A stretch of 60,741 nt of DNA from Macrostomum lignano. Its lineage: Eukaryota. A program made the position numbers and the translations under genes. Location: the NCBI GenBank assembly GCA_002269645.1, contig NIVC01004099.1:1-60741 (forward strand). Reading direction: 5' to 3'. Shown one piece after another: positions 13,495-27,010 of the stretch (within the stretch, counting starts at the first letter, position 1; every line of letters begins with the position of its first letter). The notes beneath the pieces are model-generated. The model was not told where the DNA came from. It ran no database searches and saw only the letters and a program-made list of their open reading frames with translations.

Positions 13495-14585
13495 GGTCTC
13501 ACTAACTAACTAGCCAAATCCTCCCCCAGATGTACGAGAACTTCATCATGGAGATAGACGCCATAGACAACGGCTTGAAGCAGTACCCGAACGCCACTGA
13601 ACAGCCGCTGTACACGGTGCACACGGGACTCAGCGCCCGGGTTGGCCACCTCAATCCGTGGTGGAATGCCACAGACGGCGAGCCAGAGGACACTCTGTTT
13701 GCCAAGGCTATGGAGCTGGTCGGTACAGAGTTCCGGGACCGGTTGAGCTATTACAAGTGAGCAAAATTCGAAGCTCTTATTGCCGCCATAGCTATTTAAT
13801 TGCCAGTGACTATAGCTACTCTGGAACTTCTCTTAAGACTTTTTACGACTCTCAATGCGACGGAGAGGCCACTGTTAAGTCACGAGAACATCAGATGAGT
13901 TGTAGGATCGTCAGAGAGTCGCGAAAAAAGTCATATTAACGCTTCACTTTCTACTCACTCAAGTAGACTAAAGTGACGCTTATACGCTTTAGACGCAACT
14001 CAGTGATTTTACTCTACAGCGACCTTAAACGACCTCTAACGGGATGTCTCGTTGTTTTAGAGCCGTTTAGAGTCACACTTCTTTTCTATTTTACCTGTGT
14101 TACCTGCAAGAACTCTCTGTGACGACGCAATTGACTCTGGGGCGTTTCTCTTCTTCAGAGACTGTTGGTGGCCGGCCCGCAAGCTGGTGGCCTCGGCATT
14201 CGCCAAGTGCACCAGCTACGATCCCAAAGGCCGCATCCTGGTGCTGGACTCGGTGCCCAGCGGCGGCCTGCCCTGGAAGAGCCACCTGTACGAGCTTGAG
14301 CGGCAGGCTGACTGCCTTGGCCAGGTGCTGTTTGCGCTCTACAAGGACAACAACGGCAACTGGCGAGTGCAGGCGGTGCCACCGGACGAGACTCGCGGCT
14401 TCGAGAACCGGCTGGCACTGCTGGCTGATTGGCGCGGTCTGCGCGATGACGAGCTGAACAAAGTCAGCGGCATCGATGGCTGCGTGTTTGTGCACAGCTC
14501 CGGCTTCATCGGCGGCAACCGGAGCTTCGATGGAGCGCTGGAGATGGCGCGCAAGACCATCCAGATGCAGGACGGGGCTGCTTAG
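10181..14585 (+). CDS. MYG1: MYG1 exonuclease (UPF0160); exons 10181(or 10208/10286)-10563, 12823-12877, 12997-13101, 13530-13756, 14159-14585
   Basis: Motifs [77 protein letters not shown] and [28 protein letters not shown]. All four introns are GT-AG and the joins keep the frame. Confidence 0.95.
10598..12760. repeat. ~23-bp minisatellite (GAGAATCGCCCCTGAACTATCAT)n filling MYG1 intron 1
   Basis: Direct tandem periodicity with variant units over ~2.1 kb. Confidence 0.95.
13110..13495. repeat. (CTGT)n microsatellite in MYG1 intron 3
   Basis: Visible tetranucleotide repeat. Confidence 0.97.
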
Positions 14586-14645
14586 TGATGGTTGCTAGGA
14601 AGGGAAGATATTTCGCATTGCCCAGACTTTATTGTGTCCCCAGTT

Positions 14646-14805
<160 letters not shown>

Positions 14806-16453
14806 AGTGTGTCTGTGTCTTTTCATATCATCTAAGTTGGACAACTTGACATTTTTGTTTGCCCATGCTGAACCCAGCTTACAGTAGTCACTGTAATATC
14901 AATCCGTTATTTACTTTCATCTGACGAAATGAGTGAATATAAGTCTAATTTATTATTCATTATTTATGAATTTTATCAATTATTACAACTTGTATTAAAT
15001 AACTACCGTTGCAAAGTTAGCTTTTAAAGTGTTAGTAAAGCTATCCGTGTTGATTGAGTACATTAACCTGAGAGTGGCTGCAAGCAAATCTTGACAATTT
15101 TAGCTACGATTTGTTTGTTTTTTGCTGTAGTTAATTTTTAACTCGAAGTTACCGCATAATTCTGTAATCATCCCAGTTTACTAGTTTTGCTAGTAGGCTT
15201 AGATATTTTTATTATTACTCGTATATTACTAGGTAGGTATGGTCATCAATATGCCAAGTAATCGTGCTATGTTTACGTTTTTTCTTAAATCTCTACTTAA
15301 ACTGTTGCCGAGTGTTGTTGTAATAACAACAAAAAATACAGCAAAAAATAAGTACCGGTGGTCTTATTTTTTAAATAAAATGAGGCAGCTGATAACTTGA
15401 TAAGATAAAAGTTTTACACGTTTTGTTATGTCCTGAAAATTTGGTTGTTGGACGAAGTGCCCGTACATTCACATCACCTAATTATCTCATCGGATCATCC
15501 TAACGAGGTATTAGAGTTCGGATGCGTTTAATTCACAAGCCTAGTAACAATTGTTCGTTTCGGAATTGCAAATGTACTCAGCAACATTGAAAAGTCGCCA
15601 CCGTTTGCCCCAGTAAGCCAGTGTAAATTTCGACCACCGTCTGTGTATCACCTGGCCAACAAATTTAACCGATTTGGCTAACCCGCGTTAAAATCTACTA
15701 CGAGCCAATATAATGGTAGGTTTCATCAATCCACTGTGGCCTAACCTTGACCTGAACTTCATTTTCGTTGTGACATTGTCTTCTGAAAACGGCATGAAAT
15801 TGCTTGCTTGATTGACCTCTCCGAAACTTTGTTTCATTCTTGTCAGTTTTTGTCTAGATTCCCGTAGGATGATAGATAGACAAGGTAAAAAGTTCAAACA
15901 AATTAAAACTTGTTGCGATAAGTGTGCTCAGTAAGTGCTCGCCATTTTCTCATTGTCAGCTGACACTGTGTTCAGTTCTGAGACCTTATAGTAACCCAGT
16001 TCTCATGCATATACATACGCATTATAAGCCATAAGAAAATGCTTATAAGTCACCTGGCCGAGGCTCGACGGCAACGAGAGGACCCAATGTGAGCCTGGAG
16101 CGAGGGGACAAAAGTTAAGAAATAGGCTTCAACTTGCGGACGCTGCAGCCTCTGTCGAAGGCACCCAACGTAGCTCGGCTCACACCAGCAGTACGCACAT
16201 CGACAATCAGCCGCGATCAACCGCGTATCCGCATGTTGCTCGTTCGAGCCTACGAGTAGACGATATTTGTTTTATTGATGTGTTATTCTACGGCTGTACT
16301 TCATCACGAACCCCCTAAGTTTCATTTTTTTTATTTCTCGAAACCAATTTTTAGCGAAGAAATGAACACCGGCTTAAAACAGCATTTCTTTTTTATTTTG
16401 TATATTTTAAGGTTTTTAACGTTCGGTTTGCGTAATATTCAGATATGCTGGAT

Positions 16454-16822
16454 TTAATTTTTTGTTTGATCCTCTGTTTGATGTTCCGTTCCAGTTGAGA
16501 AGTCCTTTAAGTAGAGCACACAATCTCCCGGATCAAAAAGCTCATCCAGGTGGTATCGTGCTCCTAAGGCGTAGCAGATGCCATCAGCCGACTGGAACAT
16601 TCCCAAGCAGTGCTGGTTCCTTGCGCATAGGTACACACATTCTTCAATCGGTCGCTCGCCGTAGGCTTTTAGAACTTGCTGCAGAGACGTTGACGTTTTT
16701 AGACACAAAGATTTTCTGCTCAACTTGATCCGAGTAGTTACTCCCTCTGAGCAGCTGCCTGTTTCAGTTGGTGCCAACAGCACTGAACTCAGTAGTAGGG
16801 TTAGACATACAAGAGCAGGCAT
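16454..16822 (-). CDS. Small secreted Cys-rich protein with a PAN/apple-like domain (122 aa)
   Basis: ATG start, hydrophobic signal peptide (MPALVCLTLLLSSVLLA), and the pattern EECVYLCARNQHCLGMFQSADGICY typical of PAN domains. Confidence 0.6.
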   Translation of the reverse strand: MPALVCLTLLLSSVLLAPTETGSCSEGVTTRIKLSRKSLCLKTSTSLQQVLKAYGERPIEECVYLCARNQHCLGMFQSADGICYALGARYHLDELFDPGDCVLYLKDFSTGTEHQTEDQTKN

Positions 16823-17189
16823 ACTGTGTAGCTAGCTCGTATGCTTTGCAACAAAAGCATACCATCAACCGCGGCTTCCAGGAATCAGCTCGCTTAAAAA
16901 CATCAACCGCGATGACTTAGATATCTAATCTGATTCGTCAGTCGTCTGCATTAGCCAATAGATAGGCTCAAAGTTTTGAGGCTACCTATTGGGTTTGTAC
17001 CTACTGGGTACAGATTAAAGTGGGAAAAAATCCAATGTGAAATCGGTGTTGTCAACATGATTAATTGCGGCTTTTTAACCTAGTTTATAACATAGCATTT
17101 TTCAAGCCAATAGAGCCTAGGAGCCAGCAATTTAATCCTTAGTGGGAGAATCAAGCTATTGAAGATTTGCTTTTCATCGTCTATGACCC

Positions 17190-18698
17190 GAAAGGGGGGT
17201 CTATGGAGTAACTAACTTGATAATTTGGGCGCGCTTTTACTAGTAATCCTTTTGATGGGTTTCGACCTTCCGGCCCCCTTGTGGGGAAGCCTTCGGGCCT
17301 CAGGTCTCAGAAATAAATCAATTAGAGTCCTGGCCCCCCACTCTGTCAGATGGTCAGCCCCATGGTAGCTTGATCGTGTGGCGAGCAGTCTAGGTCCTAT
17401 AGCTAAGAGAGGGACAGCGAGAGACAAGCAGGGAGAATTTTGAAGGTAGAAATTAGTTAACCCGCAGGTTAGCTAACTCGCTGCCACCAGCCCGTGCGTC
17501 CTGGCTCACCACACCGGAACTTTCGAAATCGGGCTTCCGACTAGGAGGGGCTTTGCACTTACCTGCCAACTAGTGTCTTTTTGCTGTCAATCTCGAAGTC
17601 ATAGCCGATGATAAGGGACACTGCTGGGACTAGATCGCATTGGCCATGCAGGTACAGAGGGGACTTGTGCAGGGGATTCTTGCAGTGGCGAATCTATGGG
17701 GTAGCTACATGTACTATTACATTGCTAAATACGAGGAATTGTACTTTTGGCCTTCAACGCGCCAACCAGCCTCTCATAGCGCTGATGATAGACTAACTCG
17801 AACTTCAGAGACCGCATGATTCATCACCCGAGCCGCTTGGCTAACCTAGAGTGCACAGAGTACATCTCTGGAGCCGATTCTGCACTACTGGCAGTTTCGC
17901 TAACTGATTTGATAGATTGATCGACTGAGAACTGCCTTGCCATTGGTCCACTGTGACCGGCGCCTACTAGCTTAGCTACTCATCTGAGCCATCGGCGAAC
18001 AAAGAAATAAAACCAATAAAAATAACTGTCAGATTTAACCTCCTTAAATCACTTCACACCTCAGATTGAATTGGAGTTTCAGACTACTAGCAGTATTATT
18101 GAATGATTTCTGCCTCAGTAACAGCACTACTGAACAAAATGAGCAAAAGTGTGCGCCTAATCCAGCTACTGAAACAGGGGACAGATAAGGGATCACCCAA
18201 TCAAGCAAGTCTAGGTAGCCTCTCACTCAACCAATCAGAAACTCAACAGCCGGAGACCAGGTAATCCACAGTGACCGAATCGGCTTGATGCTTCGCAGCT
18301 GTAGACCCGGGATGATGCTGATGTCACGGTCTTCGCAGATAGCTAGCAGGTGATGATCTTAACTTTGATGTTCGCTGCTGATGACCGGGGGGACTCGTCC
18401 TTGATGATGATGGGGGAAGTTGCAATCCGGGGATCAAGAAATGACGGTCGCGCTCCGGGATGTCTCAAGCTAGGCTAAGGTCCCAGGCGGTCCAGGTCCG
18501 AGCGGGCCAAAAACACCGGTTTAAATAGCCGCCAACTGGACCACAGTTTGTTATAATGGAGCACGTCGATTCTGATTGGCTGAGCCGTTTTGTTAAAATT
18601 GGCTCAGCCGAATTTTCTGATTGGCTAAGCTTGTTGCTACCTAGAATCACGTGACCGGGAGTTCCTATCAGTTCCCACAGGGTCGTAAAAAGATGACA
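17190..18698. mobile_element. Possible LTR remnant
   Basis: TGTCA at 18027 and TGACA at 18694-18698, three ATTGG (CCAAT) boxes at 18560-18630, AATAAA motifs at ~18005-18025 and a purine tract GAAAGGGGGG at ~17190. No TSD or internal ORF found. Confidence 0.3.
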
Positions 18699-19974
18699 GG
18701 TGCAGCCATAAATCAATCAAAATCGCAACAAAATTATTTATGACTTTTCGCGCAGGATTGACAGAAATTAATGGAAAAATATACATTAGAAAGCTCTTAT
18801 TAAATAGAAAGTAATGATAATGAAGAGAAATCGCTAATCGCTAATCCCAAAGTACTTTTAGGGGTAAAACGCATAGCTGTCAAAGCTGTCACACGTTTGA
18901 GTGAACACGAACAATAGGCTCTGACCTCATAAATCTTGATGGCCTGTCAAAATGATGAGAAAAAAGCTACCGCCCGCATCCTCTCAGACCATCTGGCGCC
19001 CGCCTCAACACTGAGTGAGGCGCAGGTGGCTGTCAGACCAGCTTTGAAAGCGATGATTTATGACCCAAAAAGCTGCGCCTACGTTATTATGACTACTAGT
19101 ACGACGAGACATTATATCTAGTATAGATTCTATGACTATTCGCAGGAAAAGGATAAAAATGCCCATTGCCCACTGTTAGTAGTCTAGTAAGTTTAGAGCC
19201 CGTGTGCTAGCGCGGGGTTTGGAAAAAAGTGCGTCCTCATCACTTTCCACAGTTGTGCAAGCCTTAAAACCATAGAAAATAACAGATTTCATTACACAAG
19301 CATAGATATGGCAGACGAAGAATTTAGCGAGCAGAGCAGTGACCAAAGTTTAGCTACAGCCCAAGATGGAGGACAATCCACCGCCAGAGACAACTCTGCT
19401 CGAGTGGCGCGTACTCGTTCTCCATCGGATTGCGGAGGAGGTAATGGCTGAGATCACAGTAGCCAAATGCGGTGGCTGGTTTCGGCAGATGCTTCGTTTC
19501 ATCCGGCGCTGCTTAAACGAGGAAAAAGTTTTCTGAACATTGATCGGGTTTGATTTCAATCTGTCCAACACTGTTTTGAGAGACACGATTGCTTGTTCTC
19601 GGCTTATACTGTATGCCATGATTTTTCCTTTGCCTGTTTTGATTGGTTTCTCTGAAATCAAAGTGTTCATGTGAATCGTTTTTTGGTATGCCATCAGCTA
19701 TTTGCAGACGTTATTTCAGTGAAGTTATTCGTGAAGGATGTACGAGCACTGTGAAAAGGATTAATTGCGCGCCCAGAATTATTTTCGACCGCTGATTTTT
19801 TGCATTGTTTAGCAATTTGACGATCATTATTCACATTTTTAATGCAGAACAACCCATTACTACAAACAATGCATTGTCTGTAGGATCGTCAAACAGAAAA
19901 ACAATAATCAAACAGAAACAACAACAAATAATCAGCGGTCCCAGTGCGTGACAACGATTGTCTAGCGAGCGCCC

Positions 19975-20115
19975 ACCACCTACCTACCTGGTACCTACCT
20001 ACCTACCTACCTACCTACCTACCTACCTACCTACCTACCTACCTACCTACCTACCTACCTACCTACCTACCTACCTACCTACCTACCTACCTACCTACCT
20101 ACCTACCTACCTACC
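19975..20115. repeat. (CTAC)n microsatellite
   Basis: Visible tetranucleotide repeat. Confidence 0.97.
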
Positions 20116-22232
20116 AATCAATAGCTTGATTCTCCCAATAAGCTCAATTAGCTTGAAAAAGGCTATACTAAGTATATGGTAGCGTACTTGCAAAGTGAGT
20201 AGCTCCATGCAGTCGTAGCAGTGGTGAAATTGAGGCTGGTGCATGAAGTTTTTTCTGAGACTGTTGTCCGATTCGTGCATGTATGAGGGCGAACTCCAAT
20301 GCCACACAGTGTGTACAAGTACGTACATGCCTGGAAGATTAAAGTCATGCAGTGCTGCTGTACACCTGTGCGAGCGTGCGTTCTGCGTACACAAAGAGCG
20401 AACAGATCCTGTTGATGTTGAGGAAACCACCGACTGCTTTCATGAAGCGCAACTCCTACATACCAACATGAAGCGTATTCAATTCGGTGCTTCATACCCG
20501 CTCTCTAACAAAAATCCATGCCCTGATCAACTCTACATATTCAAGTTGGTGTTTACCCTCTCTCGCCCCTACAGAATCAATTTGAAATCCGAGCTCGAGA
20601 ATATAAAGAAATGGGAGTCTTGAGCAGGTGGGAAGACATTGGAAAACACGTGTGGGGTGTCGGAAATCGACCGTGCTGCACCCTACCGAATGATATGAAT
20701 TTTCATGGAGAGTTCACGGCTGCTGGAAACGGATCAACACACGCGGCCACGTGCAGGGCGGGGGGGGGGATCGCAGCTGTCTACAGCGGCTCTGAGGCCA
20801 AAAGCTGTGACCCACTCGTTCACAGTCGATGTCCTTAATGGGTGACGCAAGCCTATTTACATGTAGCTGCATATTACTGGCCAACTCTAATCAAATCAAA
20901 TATTTATGTTATTACGAACTTCCTTGCGTTGAATCGAGAAACCTTGTGGGTTTTTCTGTCTGAGCTTGTACATGTAAAAAGCTTCAGTTAAACCTTTACG
21001 AACTTTTATTTTGAACCTTGGTTAGCGAAATTCAGCAGCAGATGTTTGAAGACAGAATCCATCTTAAACATTTTCTTGTGTCTGACAGTGAATTGTTCTA
21101 ATATTCATTCTATGCGAGGTCGCGTCTTTTTGTACTCCGGCTTTCACGCGGAACCAGCTGAGCTGTCTGTCAAACACAACTTTCCCGGCAGCTTTGCAAA
21201 GGTAATCATTACGAAAATAACTTCGTCAACAGGCTTGGGCCCGTGTTATTAGTACATTTCAAATTTACGCCACTCTCAAATGAAATGACGCCACCCTCAA
21301 ATGAAATGGCGCCACCCTTTAATGAAATGGCACCAACCTCAACTGAAATGGCGCCACCCAGCTTTGAATGAAATGACGCCACCCTCAAATGAAATGGCGC
21401 CACCCAGCTTTGAATGAAATGGCGCCACCCTCAAATGAAAAGCACCAAGGACCACGTAAAGAACAATACGCTAGTTACTACCATGGTGCTTACCCTGGAC
21501 TCAATCAAGAGTGATGGAGATTTCACAGCTGAAACCTCCGAAGATTGCCAAGTCTGAGGACTGCTAAATATATGTTCATTAGAATTATGAAACCCAGTTT
21601 AAATGATTTTTTCAATTTATTTTCCATTCGTTTACGCCCCCAAGACTCAAATTAAATTTCCAATTCCGTCTGACTCAAGGCTATATAATAAAACGTGAAC
21701 CCGCATCGCGTTGCATTCTTCACCTGTTAACTGGCTGCAGTCGCCACCTCATCCGTGGCCTCCCTCCCTGCTTGCCAGCTTTCGTCTCTTGCGCGAGTTT
21801 TATTGGCTGACTGAAATGCCTATATAAAATCGGACTTTTCACAGGTTGTTTTATAAATTTCTGTGATACGGGGTGTTTACAGGTGTGCAAGTTTTTATTA
21901 TAGATTCTAAAATAATGAATGAAACCACTTCTCTGGGTAAGTAGTTCATACATTTTATTTGTTATAAAACTGAAATAATCTTTGTTCATAAAGCTACAAC
22001 AATACTTTTGGGATAAAGACGCGTTTACGTACAAGGAGTAACGCAGACTCAAAGTTTTTTGCGACACTTGATCACCTGTTCTCTTGAATTAGCAGATGCA
22101 GCCATGGTATTTTGGTATTGCATCGCAGCACTTTATTATCTTTATTTTTGAGCAATTATGACTCAATTCTAATTACATCTCTTGCAACTGTTATTGGAAA
22201 GAATAACCGGACGTCTTACTGACTTCCCACAG

Positions 22233-24042
22233 AGCCGCCTTCAAGTCAGTCGTCGCTCCTTGAGGCCGCCAAAATTGCCAATCTGATATCAAATAACCTA
22301 AGGATTTACATTGCTCCATCACTGTTTGTTGTGACCACAATTGGTGCAATTTTCGTCATCTACTGCGTGTCTAAGATTCGGTCTCAACTGAAGGGCAGCC
22401 ACTTCATCTTGTGCGCCATCACGGCCTCAGACTTCTCTACCATGCTCTTCTCGTGAGTCCGGTTGGAACTCTTTGTTGCAATTTCAGAATGAAAGCACTG
22501 CTAAGGTAAGGACGCTACAATCGTGGCATATTGGGTGTTTTTCGAGGTAATTGTCAACTTACGAGGATGTCTGGAAAGTTTAGACACTTTTAATTTCAGG
22601 ATACTTTTAATAATTGGATTTAGACATCCAATCTTTGCCATCCGCTCTTCCCTATCCCTCCTGAGCGAAAGTTGCGTCACTCAAAAGTCAATACTGAGCT
22701 AGAATTTACTGCGCACTCTCAAAGGTGACGACTTTTTAATTTGTTGAGTGTAGCTTTGGTGATATTTCAAAGAGGCTTATTTCTTATTTATAGTGCTGTT
22801 CTGATGCAATTGACAGCCGGAGAGTGTGTTGAGAAGGCTGCCTGCATGCCTTGAAAGCAGATGATAACGATTTAATACTCGTACAAACATCGGTGTCTTG
22901 AAAGTGGCTTCTTGTCAGAATTTCAGTGACATTCCGATGCTTTTTCAGGCTTTTAAATGAAACTACCAAAATATACGCGATTAAATTTGTTAAAAAAAAG
23001 AAATGTGTAGCTTCAAAATGACCCTAACGTTACGTTTACAGCTTCCTCCATTTCAGTTTTGGGATTAAAAGTGCCGGAACTATCCGGATAGCCGTTGTAA
23101 AAAGCTGAAAACTTCCTAGCTTAAATAGTTTGCCTATGCAGAGTGTTGCTTCAGTTGCCTATGAATCAGTGAGAGTATTTTGCATTTTACTTACTGTATT
23201 GGTAGATATTGATCGCTGTAGCAATCTATCAAATCCACAGACTGCTAATTGAGGATTTCCTTGCTGGCGGACTTAAGAGCGTTCTGCCTTGGCTGAACAT
23301 GCCGCACCATAACTACAATTGGGCCTGCAAGACCTGGTCATTCTTCTGGATCCTGAGCAACAGCTTGTCCTCGAACCTGCTTTGCCTGATGGCCGCTGAC
23401 CGAGTGTACGCTCTTGTCTGGCCTCTGCAACATCGAGCGAACATGACCAAGGCCCGCTACTGCATCGCTCTCGGGGCGTTCATCTCCGTCTTCGCCATCG
23501 TGTCGGTTCACGGCATTCTGCTGTACGAATCCTACGAATATTACGGAGCTCGGTACTGCTACGTGATCCTGACTGTCGACCCAGCTGTCGGTCTAGCTGT
23601 CCAGCTGTACACCAACCTGGTGATGAATGGTTTCGTACCTGGCATTTTCCTCGCTGTCATCAACGTGTTTCTCTGCTATCGCATCTGGCGAATAAAAAAC
23701 AGCCCGGTTCGCTACGGAGTCACCGACCAGCCGAGCAAAGGTCAGGTTCGAACCAGCGTCACCCTGATCATCATGGCTGCCGTTTACCTGATCGCCTCCG
23801 TACCCAGGGCCATCATCTACTTTATCATGTTTTTACTAAACTATAATTTGATTGATTCCGACAACTCTGTCAACATTCTGTCACTGATATTTCCGTTGGC
23901 AAAGTGTCTGAACTATCTGTTCTACGTCAACTGCGCTCTGAGCTGGGCCGTGTACTGCGTTCGGGTTCCGCTGTTTAAGAAGCAGCTGCCCAGATGCGGA
24001 GGCGGCGGCAATGACAGCAGCACGGGTGGCAACAGCGGTTGA
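22233..24042 (+). CDS. Rhodopsin-like (class A) GPCR, copy 1; exons ~22233-22452 and 23241-24042; start exon not located
   Basis: Seven hydrophobic segments across the two exons. TM3 reads SNLLCLMAADRVYALVWPL (DRY variant), with a conserved Cys in TM3 and ECL2 (WACK; RYCY) and TM7 YVNCALSWAVY..F. Donor TC|gtgagt and acceptor ccacag|A join in frame (S-L-L-I-E). Confidence 0.85.
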
Positions 24043-24779
24043 TAGTGCGAGTCCTGATCTGAAATGGAACTCGTTGACTGTTACAATTCGACTTTAGGTT
24101 CGCGTTCTAACAAATGAAAACGACGGCTGGGATCAATGAGCTGTCAGATATCGTAATAAACGGACAAATATTGTCAGGCATTCCTAAACTCGTTTGTGTC
24201 ATCGTGTCCATATTCCTGTCTTTAATCAGCGTGAGAACATTTTCTGAGCATTCTTATGTTGAGATTAGCAAAGATAAACCTGCTAAATTAAGGAACTTGA
24301 GACGGTGATAGCTGGTAGAACGGTGTAAGTGCCTTTGGAGAACCCGTTTAAGACAGCGGCACTGAAGATTATCGATACCATTGTTCGTTAGAGGTTGGCC
24401 CTCGTGGGTTGGGTTTTTTCTATTGATATTTTCGAGGAAATCTTACACTTGCAATGTTTTCAGATAGGTGGGAATTATAGTTGTACAGTGTATACTCGTA
24501 TAAAGGTTACGAGGTGCTTATAAAAGCCTGACAGGAACGCTACAGGAAGTGTTCAGGATCTGCAACTCAAGCTGTGTGTTTGGCATGGTTTCCGTGACAT
24601 GTTGCTGTTGATATTTCATACGGCTTATGAAATCACGTCAGCTTCCACATCACGTCAGCTTTGACTGCAAAAAATAGCCTTGAGACTCGATACGAGCTGA
24701 TTCAGTATTGAGTTTACGTCGTAGCCATTGACTCAAGGGCGTTGGAGGGGGCCGCAACCCCAAGAGGTCCTGTCTCTTG

Positions 24780-25450
24780 ATGGGGCACCTCCGGCTCTTT
24801 GTGCGCGCCTCTGTCTCTTTTTGTGGGCCTCTGTCTCTTTGTGCGCGCCTCTGTCTCTTTGTGCGCGCCTCTGTCTCTTGGTGAGCGCCCCTGTCTCTTG
24901 GCGGGCGCCCCTGTCTTTTGGTGGACGCCTCTGTCTCTTGGTGGGGCACCTCCGGCTCTTTGTGCGCGCCTCTGTCTCTTTTTGCGGGCCTCTGTCTCTT
25001 GGTGGGCGCCTCTGTCTCTTTCTGGACGCCTGTGTCTCTTGATGGACGCCTCTGTCTCTTTATGGACGCCTCTGTCTCTTGGTGGGCGCCTCTGTTTCTT
25101 GGTGAGCGCCCTGTCTTTTGGTGGACGCCCCTGTCTCTTGGCGGGCGCCCCTGTCTTTTGGTGGACGCCTCTGTCTCTTGGTGGGGCGCCTCTGTCTCTT
25201 TGTGAGGCGCCTCTGTCTCTTGGTGGGCGCCTCTGTTTCTTGGTGAGCGCCCTGTCTTTTGGTGGACGCCCCTGTCTCTTGGCGGGCGCCCCTGTCTTTT
25301 GGTGGACGCCTCTGTCTCTTGGTGGGGCGCCTCTGTCTCTTTGTGAGGCGCCTCTGTCTCTTGGTGGGCGCCTCTATCTCTTGGTGGACGCCCCTGTCTC
25401 CCTGTCTTTTGGTGGGCGCCCCTGTCTCTTGATGGGAGCCCCTGTCTTAA
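24780..25450. repeat. Degenerate ~20-22-bp minisatellite with a GCGCCYCTGTCTCTT core
   Basis: Recurrent CTGTCTCTT units. Confidence 0.85.
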
Positions 25451-25510
25451 CTTCGATAGCTGCTAGTGAATGTCAAGCTGTTATGAAATCTTTCAGCGAT
25501 GCGCATCTAC

Positions 25511-25600
25511 GGGGCCCGTAGCTTAGTGGCTGGGTGCTGGGCGCCGAGCCTGGGAGCTCTCATATGCCAGCTGCCCAGGCTCGATTCCAATCTCGGCTTG
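25511..25600 (+). mobile_element. Degenerate tRNA-like head (tRNA pseudogene or SINE)
   Basis: GGGGCCCGTAGCTTAGTGG (box A-like) and GGCTCGATTCC (box B-like); the cloverleaf is incomplete. Confidence 0.3.
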
Positions 25601-26334
25601 GGTCTGCTCGGGGGGGGGGGGCAATTAACGGTCTTGAAGGCCAACCCCAAAGGCACAGTGAAGTGACATGCCTAACGATAATAAATTTAGGGCCGCTGTA
25701 CACTCCTGTGCGAGTGTGTGCCTGTGCGGATGACTGTGTACGTATCCGCGCGCTTGTGCGCCTGCTCAGGGGAGTCGGCGGAATGGGGAGTAATTCCACT
25801 CGCCGGATGTGTGAAAATGTCGCTTGAAGTCGCTTACATAGCCTCCTTGCGTCTCATAAAAAATACGGTATGAAACAATATGAGTTCAACCTCCTGCTTC
25901 GGCCTATGCTACTGTCGACAATAGGTTTCGCATTTTTTCAATTAAGAACAATACATGTAGCTCAAAGCATGTTTGCAATCAATATGACTCTTTTAAATGT
26001 ATGATATGAGCATTTTTTTCTTGCAAGCCACGGCAAACCTGATGAGAATATGAGCTCTCATCCTCGCTGCATATGGCAGGCTTCGTCAAGCAACTAGTCA
26101 CGAGGTTGGCTAAAGTCCAATGAATTTACTGAAACCCCTTATCTGCAGTCTAAATTTGATATGGCTCTTTGCTGTAGACTTGGGCTCTTAGATATTTGAC
26201 GTGCCTTCTTTCGAGTGAACTGAATTATGGCATTCGTCTGAGCAGGTTCTAAGCAAACAGAAACAGCCTTTTCGACGGGATGATGGACGTGTCAAACCTG
26301 GCTGGTCTTAGCGTCTAGACTACTATACTTTCGT

Positions 26335-27010
26335 ACTACCTTGCAGTAGCTTTGGCGCCCCCATTGCAGTAGCTTTGGCGCCCCCATTGCAGTAGCTTTG
26401 GCGCCCCCATTGCAGTAGCTTTGGCGCCCCCATTGCAGTAGCTTTGGCGCCCCCATTGCAGTAGCTTTGGCGCCCCCATTGCAGTAGCTTTAGCGCCCCC
26501 ATTGCAGTAGCTTTGGCGCCCCCATTGCAGTATTTTTGGCGCCCCCATTGCAGTAGGTTTGGCGCCCCCATTGCAGTAGCTTTGGCGCCCCCATTGCAGT
26601 AGCTTTGGCGCCCCCATTGCAGTAGCTTTAGCGCCCCCATTGCAGTAGCTTTGGCGCCCCCATTGCAGTATTTTTGGCGCCCCCATTGCAGTAGGTTTGG
26701 CGCCCCCATTGCAGTAGCTTTGGCGCCCCCATTGCAGTAGCTTTGGCGCCCCCATTGCAGTAGCTTTGGCGCCCCCATTGCAGTAGCTTTGGCGCCCCCC
26801 ATTGCAGTAGCTTTGGCGCCCCCCATTGCAGTAGCTTTGGCGCCACCTTGCAGTAGCTTTGGTGCCCCCCCCCCATTACAGTGCTTTGGCTCCCCCCCAT
26901 TGCAGTAGCTTTGGCGCCCCCCCCCCATTGCAGTAGCTTTGGCGCCCCCCATTGAGGTAGCTTTGGCACCCCCTGCAGTAGCTTTGGCGCCCCTTGCAGT
27001 AACTTTGGCG
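26335..27010. repeat. 23-bp minisatellite (TTGCAGTAGCTTTGGCGCCCCCA)n
   Basis: Direct tandem periodicity (26341 to 26364). Confidence 0.95.

Noticed and set aside
13806-14078. Possible MITE in MYG1 intron 4 (short inverted repeats GTGACT/AGTCAC and GACTTTTTACGACTCTC/GAGAGTCGCGAAAAAAGTC)
   Set aside because: The inverted repeats are short and imperfect and no TSD was found; insufficient support.
19350-20838. ORFs 19350-19694(-), 20243-20623(+) and 20611-20838(+)
   Set aside because: No recognisable motifs or splice structure; could not be distinguished from chance ORFs.
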